Part shown: in pieces, positions 49,573 through 63,315 of the stretch
Layout of the letters: every line of letters starts with the position of its first letter
Position numbering within the stretch: position 1 is the first letter of the stretch
From: Azolla caroliniana
Lineage: Eukaryota; Plantae; Polypodiophyta
Direction: 5' to 3'
Length of the DNA stretch: 64,000 nt
NCBI GenBank assembly: GCA_043228905.1
Contig: JBHGNT010000008.1
Coordinates: 14,384,001-14,448,000, forward strand
Notes under the pieces: generated by a model
Told to the model about the DNA's origin: nothing
Seen by the model: the letters and a program-made list of their open reading frames with translations, nothing else
Databases searched by the model: none
Made by a program: the position numbers and the translations under genes

Positions 49573-52500
49573 ATGGCTTCAACAAGTGGAACTCAAGGAG
49601 AAGAATTGACGAAAGGCATGGTGTCCATCGTCGAATTCATGCTTAAAGAGAGAGATCGGGAGGCTTTAGTCGACAAAGCTGTTGACCGAATTGTGGAGAC
49701 AGCTAGAAGATTCGGTGGCAAGAACATCACAAATTTCCTTGCTACCTACCGGAACGAGATGCAACAAAGAGATGTCCATGATCTAAAACAAATTTCAAGC
49801 TTTAAGCGTGTGGTAGAACCCGGGATCCGTGAGCGCGTGATGGAGATCCAAAACGAGCATGCAACTTGGGTGGAGTTTGAAAGGGTTCTTCTCACTGAAT
49901 ACATGCTTGAAGACGCATCACGGATGACTCAACATATGTTAATGAATTGGATCAAGAAGAAAGGGAAGAATCTGTGTGCATCGGGAGTTTATGTCGAATT
50001 CGACCAGAAGTACAACCGACTTCCGAGTGTCGAGCAACAAGTTCTCAACGGAGAGAAAGTCTTACTATTCCTAAAGGCAATGGATGTGAAAGATCGGCGA
50101 GAACTGGACAGCTTCTTGGAGGACGAAACGCAACCAAATGGCTTGGTAGCGGATTGGGCGGTGGTGAAGAAGGCTTGCAGCCGTTTTGATAAGCGGCGAC
50201 AATGACAAGAGGAAGCTGAGGTCGAGAATCCACAATTGTGGAAGAAGGCACCTACGACGATTGAGCCTAGTAAACCGATCAACAATTTCGGCAAGAAAGC
50301 AATGGGGGAGTCTATAATCGAAGAGCTCTCCAAGAAGTTTGAAGCAATATCGCTAGCCAACTTAGGTCGACACGGGCCCAAGGGAAAAGAAGCGTATAGA
50401 TGTGTGTGGTGCGATAGCTTCGAACACTCACGAAGGGAATGTGCTGACTTGCAAGATGCGATCCGCAAGAATGTCGTCTATTTGGACGGCAACATGATTC
50501 ACTCGAGCGAGACCCAAAAGCCACTACGAGTGAACTTTGGAAGAGGTGGGCTGAAAAAGATTGTAGAAGAAGAAGATGCAAGGCATGTGGAGGCTATGCA
50601 CTATGCCGCTTCGGCCAAGATATGAAAATGATCAAGCCACGAGCTGGGTTTTGGCCAACGGTCTTCGAGTGCGAAGAAAAAGGAAAAATCAATTCGGAGG
50701 ATCTAAAACTTGTTGACCGAAACGTGCGACGAGCTACCCAATGATCAGATCCAATCGACGAAAACACAAGCTTTGCGGAGGTTGTGTGTGACACCTATGA
50801 AGCCCTTTTCGAAGAGAAGAGGAAAAGAACCGGTGAAGAAGATGGCACATCAAAGTGTCCTAACACGAGGAATGGAGGGAAAGAAGGGCCACCCCAACCT
50901 ATCCCAAGAAAAGAGATTGGTGAAACAAACATGAAGCCCGGTGGATCGAGCCAACCTGCTCGGATGGAAGTCGAAGAATCAACGAAGAAAGGAAAAGAAC
51001 GAGCGGCACCGACTTACAAGCTAAGGTCGGACATAGAACAAACAACTAACTTGCGAAGGTCCTTGAGGAGAAGGTTTTAGACAGTCATGTCGACCTTACC
51101 TTGAGAGAGCTACTTGGGATCGCAAAGAAGGAGTTCCATGATACTATCGTGGACCTTATTAAAAGGAAGCAGCAACAATCTGATGAAGAGGAGGTGAAAA
51201 CAAGTGCCATAACCATGGCAAGATCGGAAGAGGAGGAAGAAGAAGAAGTGGTGGCGGATAGCCATTACTCTCGGCCTCATTGGGCAAGAGCAACAACGGA
51301 GACGCCGGTGAAGATCGGGGAGAAGAAAGAGACCGTGGTCGCTTTGATTGACCATGGCTCAAAGATCAACCTCATGTCGACCGAGTTCTACAAGAAAGGA
51401 AGATGGCCGATTAATACAAACCACGGATGGAAGATTCGAGCGGCGACGAAGGCTACGGAGGACTTGCACGGAGCTTGCCCCAACGTTAAAGTCACGATCA
51501 GGGATGTGGAGATTGATCAACACTTCTTCGTGCAAGACTCGGCTTCGCATCCTGTCATCCTAGGACAACCGTATATAACATCGTCCCGGATGGAGACCAA
51601 GGTGTTCGATAATGGAGCAGCCTTCGTGCGCGTCAAGAGTCTTGATAGTAAAAGATCTGTTCAATTCCTAACGGTGCGAGCTAATCATGAAAGGAATCGA
51701 GATAGCCTTGGAGGCGAATCCTCAGATTTTTAAAGCAGACTATTGAAGCATGGGACACAAATAGTCCGAGCAATCATAAGTCCCCACAAGGAAGCAGAGT
51801 GTGTGGATTGCAAGGAGAAGAAACATGCGTCACACCTAGCGGCGCATGCAAACTAAGACTACTCAACAAGAAAGAAAAGTGTTAGATACAAGACTTCGAG
51901 GAGGTGTTAAAAGAAGAAAGCATAATCAAAGAAGAAGAATTTGTGTCATATATTCTGGAGGAAGCCTCATTTAACAACACCATCGGCGAAATCGAGGAAG
52001 TCGTGGACTTGAGCTATCCTCACCATCAACATGTGATTTCGGTTAACTCCGTCAACATGTATACTATCATCGATGAATATCATCGAGGCATCTTGATAGA
52101 GGAAGCCGAAGTCAATACAAAATATAAAACCGTGGATAGGAAGATCAAGCCAGTTGCAGTTCCGCTACCGGAAGATAGTTGGCAAAAGATGAAGGAAGTT
52201 GCAAAAGATCCAAACTTAAGGAACCCAAATACAATTGGTCACGTCTTCACTGAAGAGATGAAGGGAAAGCTACGAGTTGGAAGGGAGGATTTCCTCCTCC
52301 CTAAAGAGGAGCGGATGTTTCGTGGAATGCTTGAAAGACATGGGAAGGCTTTCGCGTTTTTCCCACAAGAAATTGGGTGTGCTAATCCAAGGACGGTAGA
52401 ACTGATGGTGATCTTCACGGTGCCGCAATCTGCCTTGGAATTTGAAACCGATACCAGTTCTGAGAGCACACCTACCAAAGTTGATCGAGCTCTTAAAGGA

Positions 52501-55170
52501 GAAGGTGAGGATGGGAATTCTAGAACCGTCGAACGCTCCTTATTCTAATAGGTGGTTCATGGTGCCAAAGAAGAATGGATCATTGCGATTCATTCAAGAT
52601 CTTCAACCCTTCAACAAGGTGACAATTCGGAATGTTGGAATCGGTCCGAGTGTGGATGAATTTGCCAAGGCGTTTGCGGGCTGGTCCATCTACTCCATTG
52701 GCGATCTCTACTTTGGCTACGATCAATTCCAGTTGGCGATCGACAATCGTGACATTACAACCATGAGAACTCCAATCGGGTTGGTGCGGATGTGTACCTT
52801 ACCTCAAGGCGCAATGAACTCAGTGGCTCATATGGTGAATGCCATGAACAAGGTCTTGAAGGATTGCATCCCGGATATCACGATGCCATTCTTAGATTAT
52901 ATCCCGATAAAAGGATGTTCGGATGAAGAGAATGATGAATCAAAAGATAAGGATGGATGTAGAAAGTTCGTCGTGGATCATATGAAAGATTGCGAGAAGG
53001 TGCTCCAAAGGCTCGAAGATGCGAATTTGACATTTTTGGGAGAAAAATCCGCATTCGGGCAACTGGAGATCTTGGTGGTAGGTCACTTATGTGCAGCATA
53101 CGGTCGGAAGCCTTCGCCATCCAAGGTGAATGCAATCCAAGACATGAAAGAAGAATGCGTAACCCAAACGGAGGTTCGAAGGTTCCTTGGAGCATGCGCG
53201 TTTTATCATATTTGGATTCCACACTATGCCCACATTGCTAAGCCATTATATGGTCTACTAAAGAAGAAGTGGATGTTCGAATGGACGAGCGAGCATACAA
53301 TCGCCATCCGAAGGCTGAAGAAATTATTGATGGAGGCACCTGCATTACGGAAAGCGGACTATTCATACGGCAAAGCCCATTTTCATGACTGTGGATACTA
53401 GTCCAATCGGAATTGGATGGGTTATCAACCAAGAAGATGAAGATTGCAACTGATATGCAATTCGGTTTGGCGTGAAAGTGTTAAGTGACAAGCAAAGAAG
53501 GTATGCCCAAGTGAAGAGGGAGCTATGGGGAATCGTTTCGGCAATCAAATCTGATCGTGATTACCTTATTGGAGCAGAAGTCATAATTGAGACAGATTGC
53601 CTACCAATTTTGGGTATGATATCTGGTTGTAATACACCGGATATTGCCATGTTGTGTTGGATTGCATATATCAAATCACTCAACCCGGAGATCCGTCATG
53701 TAGTTGGGAAGCGTAATGTCATTGCAGACATGCTATCACGAGCGAGATACGACGGAGAAGAAGATCGACATTCTGATGAAGATGATGTTGGCTTGGATTT
53801 CTTTGCAAGTTCCTACGCTCGGGTGTTGACTACTTTCATAGAAGAGGACTACGAAGGCGAATTTGTGGAGATTGGGAAATACTTGAGTTCTCTCCAAAAA
53901 GATGAATCATGGTCGACGGAAGACTTCCATCGAATTCGGAAGAAGGCATACAAGTATTTCCTTAAGGATGGAGCTCTTTGGAGGCATGCAAAAAAGAAGA
54001 ATGGGACTCCTGTGAGAGTTGTTTGCAAGCTAGAAGACCAACAAAAACTAATGTCTGAATTTCATGATAGTGTTTTTGCAGGCCATCGAGGAATATGGGC
54101 TACATTTGCGAAGCTTAAGGAGAAATATTGGTGGCCGGGCATCTACAAAGATGTAGCAGCTTATATGGAAACATGTAAGGAATGTCAGATGTTTTCGAAT
54201 ATTCACCATCGAGATGGACTTCATCCGACTTACCCGTTGGCTATGCATTACAAGTGGATGGTGGACATCGTGATGATGCCAATGGGGCGATGGCAGATGA
54301 AGTATCTTGTGCTCGCGAGAGAGGATCTTACCAATCAAGTTGAAGGGCGACCATTAAGAACTAAGGAGACATCATCGGTATGCCGATTCCTTCTTGAATA
54401 TGTTATTTGCAGATATGGATGCGTCGGCAAGATAGTGGCTGATAGAGGCGAGTTGGACGCCAATGAAGCTAGAGAACTCTTCTCGAGGATGGGAATCAAA
54501 TTATCTCTTACCATGGCGTATAATCCGGAAGCAAATGGGAAGGTGGAACATGGACATGGACCGATTGTGAAGGCTCTAGTGAAAGCTTGCCATGGGAAAA
54601 TAGGAGAATGGTCGCGTCTATTGCCATTTGCACTATGGGCTGACAAGACTACTCATAGCACGGTGACGGGATACATGCCAACAGAGCTCATATTCAGACA
54701 AAAGCCAATAATGCCTGTAGAACAAAGTATTATTTCATGGTTTGCATTGCCATGGCAAGATGAGATAAGTAGAGAAGATCTTCTAGCATTGAGGATTCGA
54801 CAATTAGAACGGAATTTGGAAGATATAGAGGTGGCTAAAGAATGCAAGGCTAAAGAACAAGAAAGACTTCGATAAACGACATCGACTTTGGCTGAGGAAA
54901 ATCGTTGAAGGAGATTGGGTGCTAGTCTATGACAGTAGCCTAGATAACCAACATAGTACGGCTCAAAAATTCTCACAACGATGGTTTGGGCCATATGGGG
55001 TGAAGAAAGTGGAAGATAATGCAACATATGATTTAGTAGAACTGGATGGTACACCACTTGCCTTGCCAATTGCCTGTAAAAGAATCAAGATCTTCAAGAG
55101 AAGAGATAGAATAGAAATTGGATTCAAAGCTTTTGACGATTCAGTCTTAAGCATTGATGAAAAAGTATAG
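49573..55170 (+). pseudogene. degenerate gag-PR and pol of Trp copy 3
   Basis: ORFs 49537-50205, 50236-50625, 51101-51733 (ALIDHGS), 51904-52548, 52442-53401, 53472-54875 and 54919-55170. Confidence 0.9.
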
Positions 55171-58100
55171 TAAACAAAAGTGGAGCCTCACCAAAATTGG
55201 CACATACCGATGGATGTGCAGGTTTGGTGGGGGCGAATGTCGTGTGAATCTTCACACACTATGTAAAAAAATAATGAAATAATTATTATAGATTAGATTA
55301 GTAGCTGACTATAGAAAGATGGACATACTCAAGAGCTTCAAAATGTATTTTATTATATACAAAATAAAGAAATACATATCAAGTTATGTGAAAATGAAGT
55401 TTGAGAAGATAGGGAAATTATAACTATCCCACATAGATAGGAAACTTAAGGCCCTGGCTATATAAGTACCTTGAGCTCCCTCATTTTTCATTTGTGCTAA
55501 GAGCACTTTGGCCACTTTGTCTTGATGGATGATGGTGGCCAAGCTCCCAAAAACTAAAAATCCGCCGGTAACCAAATCCGGAAACCGATCGGTAGGCAAA
55601 ACCAAAATCAGCAAGCAAAACTGGAACCGGCTAGTAAACAAATCCGAAAACCGGCTGGTAAGCAAAATCGGAACCGGAACCAGTCGGCAAGCAAACAAGA
55701 ACCGGCTAGCGAGGGATTCGGCGATCGGGTGGAACCGGCTATCGGACGAGGTTAGACGCGGACGGACGGAAGATTGGATCATACAAACTAAAGTAAAGTG
55801 AAGAGAACTAAAGTAAAGGCCATTTGGACACAAGCAACTAAAGTTGGAGTGCATGCAAAAAGTAAAGGTCATGTGGACGGTCGCATGCAACTAAAAGATA
55901 CAACTAGAAGAAAAAGCTAAGCAACTAAAAGTAGAGGCCATGCAACAAAAAGTGGACATGCAGATGATCAAGGGAGAACTCCATATAAAATTCCATTTTT
56001 TTTCCTACACTCAGGCTCTCTCCATATTATCTTAATTTTTTTTTCTTTTCCTTCTGAGCTCTCTTATCTTATCGAAGCCAAGAACCCTAAATTTCCTTAC
56101 GGAAGTCATAAACCCTAATTTTCCCTACGAAAGCCATATAATTTTCCTATCGAATCCGTATCTTAGTTTCTTCTAATCTATTATTCTAGTAATCTCCATA
56201 AGCTAAAACTTTTGTAATCCCAATCTTGGGACTGATTGTAATTTTTCTTTTCTATTTATTAATGAAATTTGTCAATCTTTCTCATTTTCCATTAATTGTT
56301 TAATATAAGCATACGAATTTGATATCTTCCAATTGGAGGCCCCGGGGTCTTGCCTCAAAGTTCACGTATCCTTGTCGTAATTTCGTGACACCGTGTACCC
56401 TTCGAGTCGAATTTGTGTGGCCGATGCGTAAAGGATGTCGTAATCCATTATGTCACTCACGTATCGTAATACTCGCTTAGCGCAATCGAAATGGATATCT
56501 CGCGGGGTTTACATGAATTGGCTAAGGAGGCCGAGTGGATAGTTAAGGTCGGGTCGCGTGATCGTGAGATAGATGAGGCTCCCGATCAGTTGTTGATATT
56601 GAGTCGGCTCACACTCGTCTGTGCCAGAGTCGACATCTAGTTTGAGGTTTTGATCGAGAGGGGTTGCCACAAATTTGCACTCTGCCATCTCAAACTTGTA
56701 TAATAAGTTGAGAATATAGTGTCGTTGAGAGATCATAATGCAAATTGGAATCCGAATTACTTCGATGCCTAGGAAGTAATAAAGTTCCTTCATGGCTGTC
56801 ATCTCGAATTTGTTGGAGAGGAGGGATTTCACCTTGTTGATGTCAACTAAACTTTCTCCTCCAATGACCAGATCATCCACGTATAGGATGATGACAATCG
56901 AGCTTCTAGAGTCGTTTCGTACGTAGAGGGAGTTGTCGGATTTCGACATTCAAAAGCCAAGTTGATGAAGATATTGCGTAATCTTCGAATGCCAAGCATG
57001 CGGTGCTTGCTTGAGGCCGTAGAGAGGTTTCTTGAGTCGGTATACGGCTTTCGGATTAATGTTGGATTCGAAGCCGGGTGGTTGTACCATGTACACCTCC
57101 TCTTCTAATTCACCTTGAAATAAGGCACTCTTGACATCCATTTGGTGGAGGTGCCACCCTTTCATTGCTGCGAGTGCGATCACGGTCTGCACGGTCGTCA
57201 TCTTTGCCATCGGGGTAAATGTATTTTCGTAGTCGACTCCATGCATCTGTGTGTATCCTTTTCCTACGAGTCAAGCTTTGTAGCGGTTTACGGAGCCATC
57301 GGCGTTATACTTCACCTTGTAGATTCATCTGCAGCCGATCGCCTTCTTGTGCGGTGAGTGGGGGACAAGATCCCCTGTCTTGTTTTTGGAGAGTGCTTGC
57401 ATCTCCTCATTTATCGCTTCAACCCATCTAGGGTCCTTCGCAGCTTCGGAAAACATTTTCGGCTCACGTACTGTCGCTACCTTCATCATAAAGGCGTAAT
57501 GGTACTCCATATAATCGTTGTAGTTGAATCTTCTTACGGGATTCTTTTCACAGGTGGATCGACAGAGCTTCTCTTTTGTGGATACTAAGGCTTTCTTCGC
57601 TCCATTTGTCCAGATGTAAAGTCCTTCGAACTCACTATTGAGGGTGTGAGTTGATTCGTTGCCGTCGAAGTTATCGTCTTCATACTCCAGCATTTTCGCT
57701 TTCCCTTTGTCCAGCTTCGGACTCGGCCAAGATGTGCTTTGATCACTCAGAGGCTCTTGTGGCCCACTAAACCTTGTCATAATCGGACTTTCTTCGAACA
57801 TGTGCATGAGCCGATCTCCGGCTTCTATATCTCTATTTCGGCGGATTCCGGGTCGAGCGGAATCGGAGTCAAAGTTGTCTCTGGTGCGTACCAAGATGCG
57901 GACTCATCGAAAACGACGTCTCAACTTACTCGAGACTTTCGAGTTGAGGGGTTATAGCACTTGTACCCCTTTTGCTCCAATGAGTATCCTACGAGGATAC
58001 ACTTCTCCGACTTAGGGTCAAGCTTTTGTCGCTTCTCTTCGGCGATGTGCACGTATGCAATGGAGCCGAATATCCGAAAATGTGATAGATCCGGAATCTT

Positions 58101-60943
58101 CCCGAAAAACTTCTCGTGTGGAGTAAGTTTGTGCACACCCGATGTCATACATCGATTCATGAGGTATATGGCCGTGTGAGCCGCGTCTGCCCAATACGAC
58201 TTCGGCAAATGCTTTTCGTTCATCATGGCCCGTGCTACTTCGAGGATGTGCCGATTCTTTCATTCAGCTACACCGTTTTGTTGAGGTGTGTGTCGGCACG
58301 AGAATTCTTGTCGGATTTCTTCCTTTCGGAGATACGTCATAAATTCGTAAGAGAAATACTCTTTTCCTCCATCCGACCGAAGACATCATACATGTCGGCC
58401 CGTGGCTTTCTCGACTTCATTCTTAAATTTCTGGAAGTGTCTGAACACTTCGCTCTTTTGCCGCATGTGGTAGATCCAGGTGTGCCTAGAGAAGTCGTCG
58501 ATAAAGGCCACGTAGTATCAGCATCCACCGAATGTAGTCGTCTGAGCCAAACCCCATATTTTGGAATGAATGACATTGAGTACGTCTTTGCTCACATTCC
58601 GCTCCTTCGGAAATGGGTGCCGATGTTGCTTGCCGAATTGGCAAGCATCACACATGCCTTCAATCTCTTTCTCCTTGAATGTCGGGAGCCTGATGACGAC
58701 TCCCTTCGATTGCATTGCCTTGAGCTTTTGGAGGTTGATATGGCCAATCCACTTCTGCCATAACTCTATGTTGGAATCGGCTTTCGTGCCCTTTGCGAAC
58801 ATGACCGATTTCATCTCATGCGAGTCGAGAATGAACATTCCTCCCTCTCTTCGTCCGCAAGCGATGAGTCGGCCCTCTTTTTCGATGAAGCAACTACCTT
58901 CATTAAATCGTACTTGCATCCCTTGCTCAACAATTTGGCCGACGGACCAAATTCTTCGTAATGGTTGGTACATACAAGACATTTTTAATAAAAGTTTGGT
59001 TACCTTCTTTGCCAAATGGGACATTGCCGATGTGTCGAATCGGATGCGTAGTGTCGTCTCTAGTTTCGACATAGCCGGGTCGGTCTAGCTCTCGAAGTTC
59101 TTGTAACCATTCTTGATGAGACGTCATATGGTTCGAGGCACCGGAGTCGATGAACCATATGTCTTCCGGACTAGATGCACTATTCGAAGGAGAAGTCGAC
59201 ATAGAATTTGCTCTATGTCTCATCACGAACATTCCGCCATGGTTGTCATAGTCGGAGTTGCTGGCGTAATTGGTGAGTTGTCGGCTTGTGGAAGCCGACT
59301 CGTGTACCTTCTTACGGCACTCTTCTTCGTGGTGACCGATTTTTCCGCAATATCCGCATTCGACCGAGTTTTGTCAACTTGGACCGGAATGGAAGCTCCC
59401 CCTTCTTCCGAAGGTTCCTCGATGGCTTCCGTCTTGATGCCGAAATTGCGAGTTGTTTTCGTAAGTCAAACCTAGTCTGCCTCATCCTTGGCCGAATCAG
59501 CCTCTTGCTCGATCGCTTCCTCTTCCTCCGTTCGAATGCGTGTAGATCATGTGGCCTTCCGAGGCATTGCTCCTTTTTCTAACATGGTTTTCTTCGACCA
59601 ACAACATGGATTGAAGATCAAAGAAGGAGAGCGGATTCTCCCATGCTAATATGGCGGTCCTCATCGCGTTGAACCGTGGTGCAAGGCCGCCGAGGCATAT
59701 TTACACCATCTCATCATCGTCCACATTGACGCTTATCGAGCCGAGTGAGTCGCAAAGCTCCTTGATCTTCAAGGTGTAGCTTGTGATGGACATATCCCTT
59801 TGTTGGATGTTGTTCAACTCTTGGTGGAGTTGAAGCTTTCTCACGGTTGTGTTGGCGGCGAAAATCTTTCGTAGATTCTCCCACGCTTCCTTTGGCGTCT
59901 CGACTTCTCGAATGTACCCGAGCATGTGGTCGTGAACACATGTCGCCAAGCAATACATCACTCAGCTTGCCGCTTGCTCCCATGTTGCATAGTCAACGTC
60001 TTTCGGGTCAGGTCGGTTTTCTTGTGCTCCTTTGATGTAACCCCAATAGCCTTGTCTGACAAGGTATTGGTGCATCTTGTACTCCCAAGATGCAAAGTTG
60101 TTTCAATCTAGCTTCTTGCTAGGGAGAGCACTCCCCATTTGAGTATTCATTGTCGATGAAGCTTTATTTTCTTCTTTTCCTTCTCTCTCGAACACGAGCT
60201 ATGTAGTCGCACTACGATAGTGATGAGCCGGTTCTTCTTGAACGTCGGCGTAGAACACAACACACGCAGATGGGCTAGATCCAACTACCAAACCACTCTA
60301 ATACCATGTAAAGAATCGGATATAATTCTTGTGCAGCGGAAGAGATGTGTGTTATGTGTATGTGTGAGAGGAATTAGGGGAGAGAAGAGAGAACACAAGA
60401 TAGATAGAAAAAGGAATACTCAAGAAGAAGGTGTATATTCACACGTACAATAGAAAATACAAAATGTAGTATTACAAGGAGTCACAACCGACTTAGTATG
60501 AAGTATGAGGAGGGTGCTTTATATATAGTCACCCTCTCTCTTCATTAACTAACTACAACAACCACTCTCTCTTGGGCAATGTGAAGACTCATAGTCATGG
60601 GGAATATGTAACTCATTAGTTATGTGTTATATAATATGATTCTATGACACATAGTTAATGAGTAGACAGTAGTGGTGTGACTCTTGACCTTTGAGTAACC
60701 ATAGATTCTCAAAACGTGTGTTCACACGTTGCACTATGTTAAGCTTGATTCTCAACAATGAGCATTCAAGTACTTGTCAACCCACTGTCAAGGCTTCTAT
60801 TAAAGTGCTCTCTGAGCACATTCATATGCACTTAGTCTCTCTCTCTCTCTCTCTCACCCGTACTCTATGTTTACCATACTGTTGATCTTCCGGATAATCG
60901 ACTGTGTCCTTCTACGTAACGCTTCCGCACGTATTCTTTTACA

Positions 60944-61550
60944 GAAGTGAACCATCTTTTTTCTTTACAAAGAAAATGGGTGCACCGGTTGGAGATTTCA
61001 AGTGTTGAATGAATTCATTTGCCAAATTTTCCTGAATGTATGCTCAAAGAAACCTCAAGGTCAATTGGTGACAAATTGTAGATCGGTCCCCATGGTAGCT
61101 CCTTTACTAGTTGTAAATCAATGGGACAATCATATTAGCTCCAAAAATGTAGTACCTTTTACCTTATCAAAAACATTGGCATAATCTTGATATTTCTTTG
61201 GAAGTTGAGTTTCTGATTTTTCCCCAAAGATATTGGAAGGCTTCATTGATAGTGCAATAAAAGCATTCCGTCCTTTCCTCCTTCCTTACGTAATTGTTAT
61301 AATGAAATAGTTGAAATCCTATGAGTAAATGCTTGAGGTTTCATATTATCTTGTTGGTGATTCTTGGTTTCTCTCTTTCTCCAGTTGATTTTGGGGTTAT
61401 GCAAATCAAACCATGGCATCCCTAGGATAATTGGATGTTTTGTGCTGCTAATTATATTAAAAGATATTACACTTGCATATTATTGCCTTAATGTATTGCA
61501 AGTCTCCAAATCATTGCCATAAAGTAGCCACATGTACTCTTTGGGTAGTG
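60944..61550 (-). pseudogene. old chromovirus-like gypsy PR-RT fragment
   Basis: Minus strand reads [28 protein letters not shown] and IILGMPWFDLHNPKINW. Confidence 0.7.
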
Positions 61551-61648
61551 GGTTTGTATGTTGAACAAGAGTGTATTTAAAATCGTCCATGTTGATGTCC
61601 TTCGAAATCTAGAATACAATTTTGTTACACTTTTTAAGAACACATGTG

Positions 61649-62024
61649 AAGGCATCAAAAGAAATAGGACGTATCCAAATCATGTGATGCGTTTATCTTC
61701 CATTATATAACAAGAGGAAAATGTATCAGTTGAGATACAATTGACATAATTAAATGGAGCTTGATCACGACTTTGTAAAGGGTAATTAATCAAAATGTCA
61801 GCCCGAACACGTAAGGATCTAATAGCTAACACTTTAACATAGACAAGGCTTCAAAAGAAATAGGATGTATCCAAATCATGTGATGTGTTTATCTTCCATT
61901 ATATAACAAGAGGAACATGTATTAGTTTAGATACAATTGACATAATTAGATGGAGCTCAATCATGACTTTGTAAATGGTAACTAATCAAAATGCCATCCC
62001 CAACACATAAGGATCTAATAGCTA
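61649..62024. repeat. tandem duplication, period about 196 bp
   Basis: AAGGC.TCAAAAGAAATAGGA...GGATCTAATAGCTA occurs twice, diverged. Confidence 0.85.
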
Positions 62025-62699
62025 CTCAATTATAAAAAAATGGAACTATAATATAATATATATTTTTACCATGGGCCAACCCTCCCATTGATGTGGAGCT
62101 AGTGCATTTAGGTTCACTCCATTTTGACATTCGTGTTCACAAACTTGGATTCGTGACTGGGTGAATCATGAACTGACATAAAGAACACCAACACAACTAG
62201 AACCGATCTAGCATAAGTTTTCACTTGTATAATAGGAGGATTGCAAAATCAAGACAATGTTCTTCACCTTCCAAGAGAATGTCTAGTCACGAGGGGGGAA
62301 ACTAATGTACCCTTACGAACCAAACTCTTGAAAACTAGTACAAGATTCAGGAACTAGAATATGTTCAACTTGAGATTAAGCATGCCCAAATAGGGAAAAA
62401 AACGCTAATACCTATCTAAAAGCACAAAGGTGAAGTAATAGAAAGAAAGAAAGATATATTAACGTCTTCTAAGACCAAATTTGGCATGGAGGTCCTACTA
62501 AGACAAAGTTGATATCCTCCTTGCAAATGAAGAGAGGATAGCTACAATAAGCCGAGATATCAAGGAGGTAAAACAACAAATGCATAGAGAAGTGCACAGG
62601 AGTTCAAATAAAATACATGTATGTTGTACTATGCATAAATAGCACAAATAAAATACAAAAACTGTATGTGTTGGGTGTAATTCTTGATGTCAGAATGAG

Positions 62700-62855
62700 G
62701 GCATCATAAGAATTTACTAATAAAATTACACATACATAAATTATCAACACACCAACCATAAAATCTCTCAAAAAGGCATCATAAGAATTTACTTATAATA
62801 TTACACATACATACATCAATTATCAACACACCAACCATAAAATCTCTCGAAAAGG
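62700..62855. repeat. tandem duplication, period about 75 bp
   Basis: GGCATCATAAGAATTTACT...CCATAAAATCTCTC occurs twice. Confidence 0.85.
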
Positions 62856-63315
62856 TATTGTTTTGATTCTTTGAATACAAGAATACAAATAGATACAAAA
62901 AGTATATGTAGAGCAAGCGCATTCATACATCATTACAACTATAATATACAACAAAGTATTGGAACTCTCTAATTATGGTTAAGGCTTCATATTTAATATA
63001 TTTCATCCAAAGAGAACATCATTATGGAACTTCATGCTTTCAACAAACCATTCAAATTCCAATTGGGGAAATTTTAATGGTAGAGGTAGATACATATTAT
63101 TGTAATTTTATATATCACCCACTAAAGGTTTTATGAAGTGTTATTCAAATACAAGGATACAAATTTTACAAAAAAATTACTATGTAGATCAGATGGTATA
63201 TATCATCTTAATGATATAAAGGTTGGCTTTGATAATATACAACAAAGAATTGGACATCCTATTACACTATATAACCCATAGTGATACAAACTCTAATTAG
63301 CTCTATATATCCAAA

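Larger units (their letters stand above)
48403..56390 (+). mobile_element. Ty3/gypsy LTR retrotransposon, tRNA-Trp family copy 3, full length
   Basis: LTRs at 48403-49519 and 55238-56390, PBS 49524-49541, PPT GGTGGGGGCGAA, 4-bp TSD CCGT. Confidence 0.95.
47345..60757 (-). mobile_element. Ty1/copia element, full length, inserted in a related LTR and interrupted by Trp copy 3
   Basis: 451-bp LTRs at 47345-47795 and 60307-60757, 5-bp TSD ATGAG, iMet-like PBS TGGTATTAGAG at 60296-60306, degenerate gag-PR-INT-RT-RH from 60150 to 47830. Confidence 0.93.
46527..60943 (+). mobile_element. 3' remnant of second-family copia (RNase H tail, PPT, LTR split into 47196-47344 and 60763-60943)
   Basis: DQQVVDIFTKPL RNase H end; the LTR halves join across the ATGAG duplication. 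Confidence 0.85.
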
